This document shows, one piece after another, positions 17,719 to 27,722 of a stretch of 64,000 nucleotides of DNA. The stretch's first letter is position 1, and every line of letters begins with the position of its first letter. Position numbers and translations under genes: made by a program. Origin of the DNA: a virus; the IMG/VR virus record IMGVR_UViG_3300011113_000396, positions 1 through 64,000 of that record. One strand, written 5' to 3'. The notes below the pieces were generated by a model. That model did not search any database and was not told the origin of the DNA. It was given only the letters and a program-made list of their open reading frames with translations.

Positions 17719-18948
17719 TTAGTTCGTTATATTTATGGTTTTTCTTGAGGCAACCGCGTCTGTCGAATGTCTGACTGTTATTTTGTCTGGGAATGTGGAT
17801 GTTACATTTAAAATAACGAACGAACCATTTTTACCCGGTACTCCATAATAAGATGTATTTGAATTTATTAAAGCTTGCTCAGTAGTATCTAAAGTTAAAG
17901 ATTCAAATACTAAAGAATAACCATAGTTACTTGAGTGTGATGTATCAAATTTGTAAATTATATTGCGTCTTAGAGTGGGGAAATTGGTTAAATTATTGGC
18001 GTAGATTATTCCAATACCACTTACACTTATCTTATAAATCTGATCGAAATTGGTTCCCAAAACTACATTAGTAGCTAAAGCAGATCCAGTTTCACATGAG
18101 CCGCCAACCGAGAATACATCTTCCGTATATGCCGATGGATACTTAAATTGTCTTAAATACGACTGAAGTTCGGTTTGATTTTCAAAACATTCAAGGAAAG
18201 CACCTTCGCTATCATAAAGCTTGGAAGATCCAGTTTCGGTGGCATCAGATGATTTTGAAAGATCATTAATACCTCGCATGAAAACTTTGAACTGAAGCTG
18301 TTCACCAATATAGCTTTCATTGACAACAGAATCGGTTAGGAAGAGTAATTCCTCTCCATTGTCCAATGTTTTAATATAAGACACTCCAATATATCCGGGA
18401 TTTAAGGTCGATCCTTCAATACTAATAAAATCACCATAATACATTCCGAGATTCTTAAGAAGTTCTGTGCCGAGAACATTTCGAACAACATTGTACGTTG
18501 TTCCAGACAACCCGGCCAATCTATTAAATTGGGGTGGCTCTAAAAAGTAATCTCTATTGTATTTTGTGATTTCATTGTCAATACCCTGAATGGTTACAAC
18601 ATTTGCAATCACTATGTTGTTTACATAGGAGTCAAGAGTATATGTTCCACCCAGATTAGCATCTATAACTTCAGCTTCATTCAAATATTCTGCATTTGAA
18701 ATAGTGAATGTATATCCGGCAGTCAACCCGCCAAAAAATAGAGCTAATTCCTCAAAATCGCTATCTTGAAGGCATTCGTTATAATCAATAAGTACTTTAT
18801 TGTAATTATCAAAATAAACGAACTGAGGACTGCACCTAAGCCGTTTATTATACAAGCTATACTCATCTGATTGTAAAAGTTCGATGCCATATAAGGTAGC
18901 ACCGCGCACTTCTACGAAGGCATAACTTGAGGGTGATGAAAAATGCAT
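17719..18948 (-). CDS. Hypothetical protein, probably virion structural
   Basis: 409 aa, beta-rich, GxT motifs; YKFDTSHSSN.G..L.F motif resembles T4-like structural domains. Confidence 0.55.
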   Translation of the reverse strand: MHFSSPSSYAFVEVRGATLYGIELLQSDEYSLYNKRLRCSPQFVYFDNYNKVLIDYNECLQDSDFEELALFFGGLTAGYTFTISNAEYLNEAEVIDANLGGTYTLDSYVNNIVIANVVTIQGIDNEITKYNRDYFLEPPQFNRLAGLSGTTYNVVRNVLGTELLKNLGMYYGDFISIEGSTLNPGYIGVSYIKTLDNGEELLFLTDSVVNESYIGEQLQFKVFMRGINDLSKSSDATETGSSKLYDSEGAFLECFENQTELQSYLRQFKYPSAYTEDVFSVGGSCETGSALATNVVLGTNFDQIYKISVSGIGIIYANNLTNFPTLRRNIIYKFDTSHSSNYGYSLVFESLTLDTTEQALINSNTSYYGVPGKNGSFVILNVTSTFPDKITVRHSTDAVASRKTINITN

Positions 18949-18951
18949 TTT

Positions 18952-20016
18952 TTAGTATGCTAGGTAATATACTGTAGTAGCTGCTGTGTCAGACTTTACA
19001 AACAAGTTATAAGGATTGCTTATTTCGATAAACAACTTTTCTCCGGGATCCATTTGGAAACCCGTAGCACCTGTGTTGCCAGTAACATAAACCGAATATC
19101 TATTCGATGCTGCTGACTTGATTTGAACTCCGTAAGTCACCCCAATGCTGGTGATTGAGGTCAATCTTTGGAAAGAAGTCGTAGTAGCCAATGATCCGGT
19201 TGACACGGTTGAGACCAACTCGGGCATGGTCTTAATTTTGCCTGTGCCACCAGAAAGATATGTGCTGATGTTGGCTACATTTGTATTAATCGTATTACCA
19301 AGATAAGCAGCGTTTGTGCTTATTGTTGACAGCGTGGATTCTATCGTAGTACCAGTTACAATAACTGGATTACCACCTGTGTATCCTTGGACCTTTAAAG
19401 GTGATGATACATCATTTATTACTGCAACCGTGGAGGCTAAATTTGCAGTAATGCTGAATGATCCACCAGCCAAAGAAACGTAAAGGGCATTCACGCCAGT
19501 GCTTGTGTCAATCGATGCGGAGGCAGTAGTATTACCGCCAATTATCCTTGAAAACATCGGAAAAGCAACACTGGCTGACCGGACGTAACCACCTCCACCA
19601 GAAGTGAAGGTATCGGCAAGAGTATTTACTAGAACACCAAATGTAGTACCAGATCCTGTATTAAGAGAATTTGAAATGGTTGTTAGCTTGGTGTTTGCCC
19701 CAGAATCGGTGACCGATACTGCGGCTCCAGAAATACCAGCAACTTCAAGATATGTGCCAGAAACATTTCTGACATAGGCGTTTGATACTGCATTTAAAGT
19801 CAATCCACTTGTAATTCCGTATAGAGAAACGGGAAGTGGACTTGTAGCACTCACTCTATTGGTTGTAGTATCACTTCCCCATGCAATTTTATTTACTTGA
19901 ACATGGTGGGTGAGGAATGTGCCAGCGTCCCCGGTTGTGCCATAATCCGTGGCAATGCTTGCAGTATTTCCTCCAGATGCTACAATAGTTACATTATCGT
20001 CAGTATCAGCTGCCAT
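18952..20016 (-). CDS. Virion structural protein (Ser/Thr/Gly-rich)
   Basis: HVQVNKIAWG...RVSATSPLPV N-terminal block; GVQIKS...N...VYV...GFQMDPGEKLF C-terminal beta domain; GGAG upstream. Confidence 0.6.
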   Translation of the reverse strand: MAADTDDNVTIVASGGNTASIATDYGTTGDAGTFLTHHVQVNKIAWGSDTTTNRVSATSPLPVSLYGITSGLTLNAVSNAYVRNVSGTYLEVAGISGAAVSVTDSGANTKLTTISNSLNTGSGTTFGVLVNTLADTFTSGGGGYVRSASVAFPMFSRIIGGNTTASASIDTSTGVNALYVSLAGGSFSITANLASTVAVINDVSSPLKVQGYTGGNPVIVTGTTIESTLSTISTNAAYLGNTINTNVANISTYLSGGTGKIKTMPELVSTVSTGSLATTTSFQRLTSITSIGVTYGVQIKSAASNRYSVYVTGNTGATGFQMDPGEKLFIEISNPYNLFVKSDTAATTVYYLAY

Positions 20017-20051
20017 TTTATCTCCAGTTTCAGTAATATATAGGTTATATA

Positions 20052-20279
20052 ATGCTCATAGATATATCACACAAAAATGAATTTTCTAAAAAAGTGGAAG
20101 ATTACGCTCTTAAACACAATTCCACGTATTTGGATGCCGTGTTGAACATTGCTCAGGAATATAATATCGAACCAGAAGCAGCTGCAAAGCTGATTTCTAA
20201 ACCGATAATCGAAAAGCTTTCGGCTGAAGGCAAGGAACTAAATCTTGTTAAAAACAACAAGTCTAGACTTCCTTTTTAA
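20052..20279 (+). CDS. gp33: Late promoter transcription coactivator
   Basis: FS..VE.......YLDAV.......IEPE.AAKLISKPI.EKL..E...LN.......LPF; next to gp32. Confidence 0.85.
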   Translation: MLIDISHKNEFSKKVEDYALKHNSTYLDAVLNIAQEYNIEPEAAAKLISKPIIEKLSAEGKELNLVKNNKSRLPF

Positions 20280-20308
20280 ATTCTTTACTGTATCATACTC
20301 TCATTAGG

Positions 20309-20332
20309 CCAAGGTAGTCCCTTGGGGAAAGG
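20309..20332 (+). promoter_or_regulatory. Hairpin abutting the gp32 ribosome-binding site (possible translational operator)
   Basis: CCAAGG-TAGTC-CCTTGG followed by GGAAAGG. Confidence 0.4.
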
Positions 20333-20338
20333 TTTTAT

Positions 20339-21205
20339 ATGTCAAATTTCAGTGATTTCAAAAAGCGTTCTAAGTCAAGCATCGAAGATCTTACCAAGAA
20401 GATTGAGGATCTAAACAAGGAAGCATCCTACAAGGATGATCGATTCTGGAAGCCAGAAGTCGATAAGGCTGGTAATGGCTATGCCGTTATTCGCTTCCTT
20501 CCTGCTGCTCCCGGAGAAGACATTCCATGGGCAAAGGTCTACTCTCACGCCTTCCAAGGCAAGGGTGGATGGCTCATTGAGAATTGCCCAACCACAATTG
20601 GTCAGAAGTGCCCAATCTGCGAAGGTAACAGCGAACTCTGGAACAGCGGTATCGAAAAGGACAAGGATATCGCTCGTAACCGTAAGCGCAAGCTTTCTTA
20701 CATCTCAAACATTCTAGTTGTCAGCGATCCGGCTAATCCGGCCAATGACGGTAAGATGTTCCTCTATAAGTATGGCACCAAGATCTTCGGTAAGATTCAG
20801 GAGGCCATGCAGCCACAGTTCAAGGATGAAGAGGCCATCAACCCATTCGACTTCTGGAAGGGTGCTAACTTCAAGCTTAAGATCCGCAAGGTTGCTGGAT
20901 TCATCAATTACGATAAGTCAGAGTTTGATTCTCAGTCAGAACTCTACCGTGGTGATGATGAGAAGCTTGAGTCGCTGTGGAAGAACCTTAACAAGCTTAA
21001 TGAGTTTGTGAATCCAGCCGAGTTCAAGAATTATGAAGATCTCAAGAAGAAGATGAATGATGTTCTTGGTGGTGATCTTCGTGATATCGGTGCTCAGTCA
21101 AAGACCATTGAAGATGAAGATGCTCCATCTCCATCAAAGCGGTCTGGTCCTTCTGATTCAGAAGACGCGATGGCTTATTTTGAGCGTCTGTCGCGGGAAA
21201 ATTAA
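20339..21205 (+). CDS. gp32: Single-stranded DNA-binding protein
   Basis: DDRFWKP.VDKAGNGYAVIRFLPA, ENCPTTIG..CP.CE, NPFDFW.GANFKLKI, acidic tail. Confidence 0.95.
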   Translation: MSNFSDFKKRSKSSIEDLTKKIEDLNKEASYKDDRFWKPEVDKAGNGYAVIRFLPAAPGEDIPWAKVYSHAFQGKGGWLIENCPTTIGQKCPICEGNSELWNSGIEKDKDIARNRKRKLSYISNILVVSDPANPANDGKMFLYKYGTKIFGKIQEAMQPQFKDEEAINPFDFWKGANFKLKIRKVAGFINYDKSEFDSQSELYRGDDEKLESLWKNLNKLNEFVNPAEFKNYEDLKKKMNDVLGGDLRDIGAQSKTIEDEDAPSPSKRSGPSDSEDAMAYFERLSREN

Positions 21206-21972
21206 TAACTTAAAGTTCTCCAACTAACGTCAAGAACTTTTTGCATCTGCAATATCAACCCGGAGTCGCCAATACTATTGAGGCTCCGGGTTGATTGTTC
21301 ATTTCGGAGGGGTTGAACATTTCTTTGTCCAAGAATAGCAGGCATAGACTGTGGTATGGCTGCTTCCCCTTTATCTGATATAAATTCTTGTGGGTCAAAC
21401 TTTTCTTGATTTATCTTTATTGGATTTCCGGATTGAATGGTCTTCAATTCCTGAATTTTTTGCATTATAACTTCTTCAAGATCTTCCTTTTGCTCATAGT
21501 ATGGCAGTTGTTCTGATCTTGATTCTACTTTGATTTTATCCTGCTCAGGCATATTTTTTTGAGCCTGACGGTCTTTCTTTTCCTGAACAGATAATTCCTT
21601 TTCGCTTGTATTTAATTTTAATTGCTTAACCTTTGGTGGCGGTGGTGTCTTATCTTCAGTTTCTTTTGGAGAAACCTCTGTCACCTTTTCTTTGATTGCA
21701 TCTTCGTCTGTATTCTTCTCTCCAGAAACGTCATTGGTTGACTTAACTGATTCCGCTTCGGCTTTGTAAGACGAAGATTTCAGATTAGATATCTTAGTTT
21801 CAATCTCTTGAAGCTTTTTATCATAAACATCTTGGCTGATTTTTTTGTTGTCTAGATCTTCTGCTAGTTGTTCTTTTTCTTTTTCCAACAAGCCAACTTC
21901 GTCTTCAGGCTTTGGAGAAGTTTCAGTTAGCATCATTTTAAAGAAATTATTTGGTTTGTTTTCTTCAATCAT
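21202..21972 (-). CDS. Charged helical hypothetical protein in the tape-measure/hub-associated position
   Basis: 256 aa, E/K-rich, directly downstream of gp26/gp51-like genes. Confidence 0.55.
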   Translation of the reverse strand: MIEENKPNNFFKMMLTETSPKPEDEVGLLEKEKEQLAEDLDNKKISQDVYDKKLQEIETKISNLKSSSYKAEAESVKSTNDVSGEKNTDEDAIKEKVTEVSPKETEDKTPPPPKVKQLKLNTSEKELSVQEKKDRQAQKNMPEQDKIKVESRSEQLPYYEQKEDLEEVIMQKIQELKTIQSGNPIKINQEKFDPQEFISDKGEAAIPQSMPAILGQRNVQPLRNEQSTRSLNSIGDSGLILQMQKVLDVSWRTLSY

Positions 21973-22175
21973 GACAGTTCATTAAATCCTTTCGCGGATG
22001 CTGCCTTAAGTTTCTTTTCTGTTTGATATGCCTTAATTTGAGATATGAATACATCTAATTCCCAAGGCATCATTCTTTCAATCTCAGATAGTGGGATTTC
22101 ATGTTTGTAGATAAGATTGAAAAATTTTACATACTTATCTACTAAATTTTCACTATCGAGAATTAAGAAAAAAAA
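21969..22175 (-). CDS. gp51: gp51-like baseplate hub assembly ORF, probably a -1 frameshift extension of gp26
   Basis: Reads FFLILDSENLVDKYVKFFNLIYKHEIPLSEIERMMPWELDVFI... (MMPWE motif); no ATG/GTG/TTG 5' of the motif; entered via TTTTTTTTC. Confidence 0.7.
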   Translation of the reverse strand, partial: FFFLILDSENLVDKYVKFFNLIYKHEIPLSEIERMMPWELDVFISQIKAYQTEKKLKAASAKGFNELS

Positions 22176-22834
22176 CGCAGATGTTCTCCTATTATTGCAG
22201 TTCTTGAAACCCCATCTGATGTTGTATAGCCAACTTCAAAATACAATTCAGGATTGTTTTCAATAAATTGTTTTATTTTATTATACTCATCAATTTTTAA
22301 ATTTTGTAAAACATCGACTCTTTCCTCTAAGGGGAGGTTGTCCATAATGAAATATTCATCTGTTCTTTCAAAAGATTTTACATGTAGTGCAATCTTTTCT
22401 TCAGATGTTAATTCCTTTGATATGCAATCTTTGGCCTTTATGCTTTCAAATGTCACAATTTCGCCATTACCAATCATTAAGGTTTTGCCTTCTATAAGAC
22501 TTATTTTATGATCTAAAACATTAAGACTTATTTTATGCTTTTCTTGCGTTGTGGGGCATGTAATTTCCAAATCAAGTTGTTCGCCCATTGATTTAGCTCT
22601 CAAGAAAAGAAAACATTGTTCAACAAGAGCTAATTCGGCCTTTGCATTAAGTGGCGTGTCGAAACAATCGTTAATTAAATCCAAAACAGTTTTAATTATA
22701 AGATCATTTCTAGATTCCTCTTTTATAATTGCCAAGTTTTTTTCGTCCTTGACTAAGAACGGTCTGAAGTAATGCTCTTTTCCATTAAGCAATTTAGCTT
22801 TATATTTTGGTAATCTATTTTCAAAGTATGACAT
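22163..22834 (-). CDS. gp26: Baseplate hub subunit / assembly chaperone
   Basis: LPKY......FRPFLVKDEK.L...LRAKSMGE...L..TCP motifs; ends in FFS. Confidence 0.8.
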   Translation of the reverse strand: MSYFENRLPKYKAKLLNGKEHYFRPFLVKDEKNLAIIKEESRNDLIIKTVLDLINDCFDTPLNAKAELALVEQCFLFLRAKSMGEQLDLEITCPTTQEKHKISLNVLDHKISLIEGKTLMIGNGEIVTFESIKAKDCISKELTSEEKIALHVKSFERTDEYFIMDNLPLEERVDVLQNLKIDEYNKIKQFIENNPELYFEVGYTTSDGVSRTAIIGEHLRFFS

Positions 22835-22841
22835 ATAATCC

Positions 22842-23414
22842 TCAATTATTTTTAAATGTATAAGTTCTAAAATTAAATTCTACAGTTGCAAACATAACAG
22901 CATTTTTTTCTGCTTCTCCAAATTCTAACGGAAAAATTCCAATAGGATATGCTTCAGAGAAAATAAATGTAGATGAAACTTTATCCTGCAAATTCAGAGA
23001 TACAAGAATTACTTGTCCGAGTATAGATGTATAATCATTTACATAGGTATAACGATTACCAGCAAACCCTGTCCCGCTACCATTTAACTTTGATCCATCG
23101 TTAACAATACTTTCTACCCAATCATTAATAGCTTTATAGTTTGTCCATTTAGCATCAACTGCCATAGTCAATAGCAAGGAACTTGTTTTATCAAAGTCAA
23201 AATTTACAGGCACATTTCTACCAATATTTGGACCGCTAGTAAAATCTCCAATGACTCCTACTGATTTGTTTGGAAACTTAACTGAAAATATTGGTATTGA
23301 ATTGGCAACTTCTTGCCCATTTCTTGTAATGCTTACTTCAAAGCGGTTGCTTCTTTGTAGTCCATAGGTCTCTACTTTATTTTTTATGTAATTTATTGAG
23401 CTGTTAATTTGCAT
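22842..23414 (-). CDS. gp54: Baseplate tail-tube initiator (gp19-fold)
   Basis: GLQRSNRFEV, W..., EAYP..I.PL, VEF.FR tube-family motifs; synteny. Confidence 0.65.
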   Translation of the reverse strand: MQINSSINYIKNKVETYGLQRSNRFEVSITRNGQEVANSIPIFSVKFPNKSVGVIGDFTSGPNIGRNVPVNFDFDKTSSLLLTMAVDAKWTNYKAINDWVESIVNDGSKLNGSGTGFAGNRYTYVNDYTSILGQVILVSLNLQDKVSSTFIFSEAYPIGIFPLEFGEAEKNAVMFATVEFNFRTYTFKNN

Positions 23415-23841
23415 TGAATAACGTCTTTTCTGTTAGAATTTTAAATTTCCAATTGTTCTTCTCACATAAAACTTTAGTAGCATTCCATTTAGCCTCATTG
23501 ACTAGATATTGGATCTTAGCTTCCATATAAGTCTTACTAGCTTTCTTCTTTTTTTCTGGGCTTTTGGTTTGTTTATTTGGCTTAACCTCTATGATAAAGA
23601 CTTGCTGTTTTCCATTTTCTTCTGTAAGAATGATAAAGTCTGGATAGTAGGTATGTACTTTCTTGTCAATAGGTGAAAGGTAGGGTATTTTAATCTTTTC
23701 ATATCCCCACTTCTTGACTGTTGCAGTCTCATCTAAATATTTGCAAAACTTTCTTTCCCATAAAGATTTCGTATAAACATGCGTAGTTCCACCCATATAT
23801 TTATGGGGATTGGAAAGCAAAATTTTTGTTTTATACGGCAT
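23404..23841 (-). CDS. gp4: Head completion nuclease (TnsA-like)
   Basis: SLWERKFC.YLD...WGYE...IPYLSP.D...H.YYPDF...EVKP.KQT...N.AKW...ILTE. Confidence 0.9.
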   Translation of the reverse strand: MPYKTKILLSNPHKYMGGTTHVYTKSLWERKFCKYLDETATVKKWGYEKIKIPYLSPIDKKVHTYYPDFIILTEENGKQQVFIIEVKPNKQTKSPEKKKKASKTYMEAKIQYLVNEAKWNATKVLCEKNNWKFKILTEKTLFNAN

Positions 23842-23845
23842 ACAA

Positions 23846-23857
23846 TATCTATACATA
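23846..23857. promoter_or_regulatory. Overlapping divergent late promoters for gp4 and gp48
   Basis: TATAGATA (minus) and TATACATA (plus), each exactly 4 nt from its ATG. Confidence 0.55.
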
Positions 23858-23861
23858 AAGC

Positions 23862-24623
23862 ATGGGAGTTTATAGATATCCATTAGCATATGCAGCCGAA
23901 AATCCTTTCTGGATCTATTTTTCGGCAGCTGATTATTCTGTCAGAGCACAAAATAGAACTAGAGCTGGAGTGGCTTCTAGGGCTGTAGAGACAGTTATAT
24001 TACCTCTCCCTATGGTCTATAATCTTGAGACTAAGCATATGTTCAACGAAGAACTTAGCTTTGTCGGTCCACACCTAAGTGTTGCTGGTATGGCAAACTC
24101 CGGTGGACCATTAGCACTGACCGAAAGAATCGCATCATCAGTCTTTGGCTTTGTCGAACCTTTAGTAGCTACTGAAAGCTATAGACGTTTTTCAAATATC
24201 ACTGAATTGGCTATTTTGTCAGAAGCCAGAAGATCATTCCAGTTTCAATATTTATTTGTTCCAAAAAATACACAAGAAGCAGATGTGGTATGGACTATTT
24301 GCGATTTATTTAATACGATGTCTTATCCAGTCAGTGGAGGGGTTCCTGAAAAGGCGTATCCGCCACCGCTTTGGAGAATAGCTGGAAATAATTATAGAGT
24401 TACATCACAGTGGTTACAGGAACCATTGGTTTGCGTGTTGGCTGCTGTTGCAGTCAGCCCGATTCCTCAGCAAGATGCATATGTGCCTCGTTATAGAATC
24501 GATGGAAGCCCAGTGGCTACAAGACTATCGTTGACCTTTACAGAATTTGAACCCGGAACAAGAATTCCCGGTGCTCTTGGTGGTATTAGAAGCAAGTCTG
24601 AAATTGCGGCAGGATTAGGCTAA
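23862..24623 (+). CDS. gp48: Baseplate tail-tube cap
   Basis: YRYP, ILPLP, RRSFQFQY.F.PKN.QEA, YPPP.W, CVL..V, DG.PV...L.LTF.E. Confidence 0.75.
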   Translation: MGVYRYPLAYAAENPFWIYFSAADYSVRAQNRTRAGVASRAVETVILPLPMVYNLETKHMFNEELSFVGPHLSVAGMANSGGPLALTERIASSVFGFVEPLVATESYRRFSNITELAILSEARRSFQFQYLFVPKNTQEADVVWTICDLFNTMSYPVSGGVPEKAYPPPLWRIAGNNYRVTSQWLQEPLVCVLAAVAVSPIPQQDAYVPRYRIDGSPVATRLSLTFTEFEPGTRIPGALGGIRSKSEIAAGLG

Positions 24624-25324
24624 TGAAACTCAATATCAAAAATACTTTTACTTTATCAAAAATAGAAGGTAATAAAGATATCAAGATAGCTGATATATTT
24701 GGAAAAATCAAATTTCCAGAAGCTACAGTAGAATCCTTTAAACCAGCTGAGTACTTTTCCCCAGAACAAGTATCGTATGCCAAGTATGGTGATTCCAATA
24801 AAAGTCTTCAGATATTACAAAAATCAAATATAGTAAATCCAAAATCAGATTTACCAAAGACAAAATATTTTATTACTAAAGAATTGAACTCTTCATATTA
24901 TATTTTACATTCTTTTACTAATATACAAATAGGCGATATATTTGTAAAAAAAGTTGGATCCTTTTTTGATCCGACAAATAATTTTTTTGTTATTACTTCA
25001 ATTCAAAAATTAAGCGATAACTTTAGAAATATTGCTATTTCAACTAAATACAAAGGAAAATTGGATGCAACGACTGATGCTGTTTTAGTAATCAGAAACG
25101 GTTCTATTATAGATGACAGCTCTATTACTGCAAGCAGTACAAAAAATAAATTTCCACTAAATTTTGTTTCCGACGATGGCGGAAAGGTTGAAAAATATAA
25201 TTGGATTACAATACAATCTCATTTTATAGGATCAAAAACGACATACGCATTTGCTGATACATATTCATCGACCGAGAGCCAAGTATCTACTAATCTCAGT
25301 ACATTTACATTGAACAGAATATAA
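24623..25324 (+). CDS. gp53: Baseplate wedge subunit (diverged)
   Basis: IADIF...PEQVSYAKYGD......IL...NIVNP..DLP LysM-like pattern; follows gp48. Confidence 0.6.
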   Translation: MKLNIKNTFTLSKIEGNKDIKIADIFGKIKFPEATVESFKPAEYFSPEQVSYAKYGDSNKSLQILQKSNIVNPKSDLPKTKYFITKELNSSYYILHSFTNIQIGDIFVKKVGSFFDPTNNFFVITSIQKLSDNFRNIAISTKYKGKLDATTDAVLVIRNGSIIDDSSITASSTKNKFPLNFVSDDGGKVEKYNWITIQSHFIGSKTTYAFADTYSSTESQVSTNLSTFTLNRI

Positions 25325-25325
25325 T

Positions 25326-27722
25326 ATGCTTCCGAATTTTATTAAAATAAGAGAGATATCTTTTTATCATTATAGTACAGATGCCTTTGAATTAGTATTG
25401 AGTGGTGATACTGATATCGGTGATCCAACATTTACATTTGTTAGCGATTCTGTCTCAAGATCCATGTTTGAACGACTGGAATTCAGTAGTGGAATTGACA
25501 ACATTTATGCAAATGGAATATTAGTGTTAAGGGATCGCGGTGATATAGTCGGCAAATTAAATCCATCTGGTAAAGATATTATTAAAGTTGTTATCACTTC
25601 CGATGATGATGCATCTGAAGAAATTGAACAATATTATGTGGCATCAGAATGCTCATATTCAAGCGGAGCTACAGATAGAAAACATACCAAACTTGTTACA
25701 TTTAAACTTCTTTCATTGAATCTTTATAGAAATGAAAGAGCCATTAATAGCCAAAATATAACTGAACTCAAATATGGATTTATTGACAATAGCAATTTGA
25801 TGTTCAATAGAATATGTAATAACGCTGGATTTTATTATTCGGATACCGGAACAGGTCCATCGACAAGAACTTGTTATTATCTAAAAAATAAGAATCTGAT
25901 TTATCCAAATAACAGAGTTACTGATGACAGCCCAATGTCACATTTACTTTATATGAGTAAATATGCATTACCAGAAAATCCAGAGAATAATTATCCCTCT
26001 TATTTTGTGTATGATGATGCAAATACAAGTTTACAATTTAAAAATATAATTCCAGAGGATCCAGAAGCTGTTACTTATGAAAAGAAGTTTATTATTGGTA
26101 ATATTAATACCATTCAAGATAAAGAAGTACCCTTTGAAATTAAACCAACTAAGCAATTTTCGTTTTCGGAACTTATTAATTCTGGAGCATTAAGTTCATA
26201 TTACGAATGTGTTTTCCCAGATTTTTATAAACCTTATATTGATTTTTTGGGAAATACAGAATATATCAAAACTAATATAGAATATAATATTACCGATTTA
26301 AATCCAGATTTTGCAAATTTGTGTTCTGTCAATGACCGAGGATTATCTTATACTTTGTTGGATGAAGTAATTGATGGCGTTAGTTTCTTTTATAGTGCGT
26401 ATATACCAACAAAAAGATTCGTGGATAACAAACCCTATGGTTATTATGATACAACTTATTTAAATTTGCCATATGAACCAGTTTTTAATGTTTATGCGAA
26501 TATAGATTCTCCAAAAACCACTCTTAAAATTTATCAAACAATGTTTGATATTTTCCCTTATACAGATGATTTCTTAAATTCAACCAATGCTCCCGGAATA
26601 ACTTCCAGCAAGGCAATGGTTTCTAAGATAGTCCAAATATTGGACAGTGTTGAGAATGCCAAGAAAACGTATCACGAAACAATTACTCTCAAGGAGCAAT
26701 ATAATGTTTTTAAATACGTTCTTTGTTGTTTAGAGGGTGAAGGACCTGATGATGGTGCAGCATTTGATGCAGTTGTCAAATACAATAGAGTACTGACAAA
26801 TAGTTCAGATACTAAGCATCCGGTATATCTTTATACATTTAAAGAAGTAGAATTTGTACCCATCGATTTTAATGTTTTCTTTAGCGGATATGATACCTCT
26901 TTATCTGGAATCACAATTATAGGTGGCTCTTTAGCAGGAGTTACCATTCAAGGTATCACTCTTGATATTTCAAAATATGATACCTTCTATTGGCCTACTG
27001 GAGCTGTCACTACAATTTTTGATATTACTTTGGGTATGGCTGGTGTAGCAGATGCAGCCAAAAAGCATAATATACATTATATTCTTGCGGGTAAGAAGGA
27101 TGGACGTTCTGGATATTGTTTCAATACAAATGAAATGATGAATTTTCATATCAATCCAGAATCGCTTGGAAATACTTACACTTATTTTAACAATGGTATT
27201 ACATTGGGTGCGACTGGATTCTATTACGGGGGATCTGGATACGATCTATCCCTTAAGCAACTGATTCTTCGAACCAATACAAGCGGTACGATTGTTGATA
27301 CCTTTGCCTTCAATGATTATAGAATTATGCCCATTGGCTGTAATAAACAAAATTGGTCAATTGAAAATGGCGGTGAATATACTGATCCACCAGTTCAAGC
27401 TAATAATACTAAATGTAATATTCGTTCAAGGCATCATGTAACCAAAATAACACAGAAAAACATTACAGGTCTTAATGGACTAACAGGACTGACTTACACC
27501 TGTGTCGGTATAACTGCATTAGTAGCTGGTGTCACCCAAAATTTAACAATTTGCCCAAATACAAAGTATTATTTGTTCGATGTTCAAAATGCAATAGATG
27601 GTTTCTGCGGTATTGAGTGCGAACAGAGTGACAATACAAATCCAATATTTGGAATTCAAAGCACTCAATCTGATCCGTTTAGTTTCATCAAACCATTACC
27701 TACAGGTTATACAGCAATATGA
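25326..27722 (+). CDS. Baseplate hub (gp27-like) N-terminal part with large insertions
   Basis: Position after gp53; G.L.L.D and YF.Y......F hub-like segments; GxT-rich, Cys-containing C-terminal half. Confidence 0.5.
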   Translation: MLPNFIKIREISFYHYSTDAFELVLSGDTDIGDPTFTFVSDSVSRSMFERLEFSSGIDNIYANGILVLRDRGDIVGKLNPSGKDIIKVVITSDDDASEEIEQYYVASECSYSSGATDRKHTKLVTFKLLSLNLYRNERAINSQNITELKYGFIDNSNLMFNRICNNAGFYYSDTGTGPSTRTCYYLKNKNLIYPNNRVTDDSPMSHLLYMSKYALPENPENNYPSYFVYDDANTSLQFKNIIPEDPEAVTYEKKFIIGNINTIQDKEVPFEIKPTKQFSFSELINSGALSSYYECVFPDFYKPYIDFLGNTEYIKTNIEYNITDLNPDFANLCSVNDRGLSYTLLDEVIDGVSFFYSAYIPTKRFVDNKPYGYYDTTYLNLPYEPVFNVYANIDSPKTTLKIYQTMFDIFPYTDDFLNSTNAPGITSSKAMVSKIVQILDSVENAKKTYHETITLKEQYNVFKYVLCCLEGEGPDDGAAFDAVVKYNRVLTNSSDTKHPVYLYTFKEVEFVPIDFNVFFSGYDTSLSGITIIGGSLAGVTIQGITLDISKYDTFYWPTGAVTTIFDITLGMAGVADAAKKHNIHYILAGKKDGRSGYCFNTNEMMNFHINPESLGNTYTYFNNGITLGATGFYYGGSGYDLSLKQLILRTNTSGTIVDTFAFNDYRIMPIGCNKQNWSIENGGEYTDPPVQANNTKCNIRSRHHVTKITQKNITGLNGLTGLTYTCVGITALVAGVTQNLTICPNTKYYLFDVQNAIDGFCGIECEQSDNTNPIFGIQSTQSDPFSFIKPLPTGYTAI

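Noticed and set aside
23404-23841. TnsA-like nuclease as evidence of a transposon
   Set aside because: Motifs and synteny match T4 gp4; no transposase or terminal repeats.
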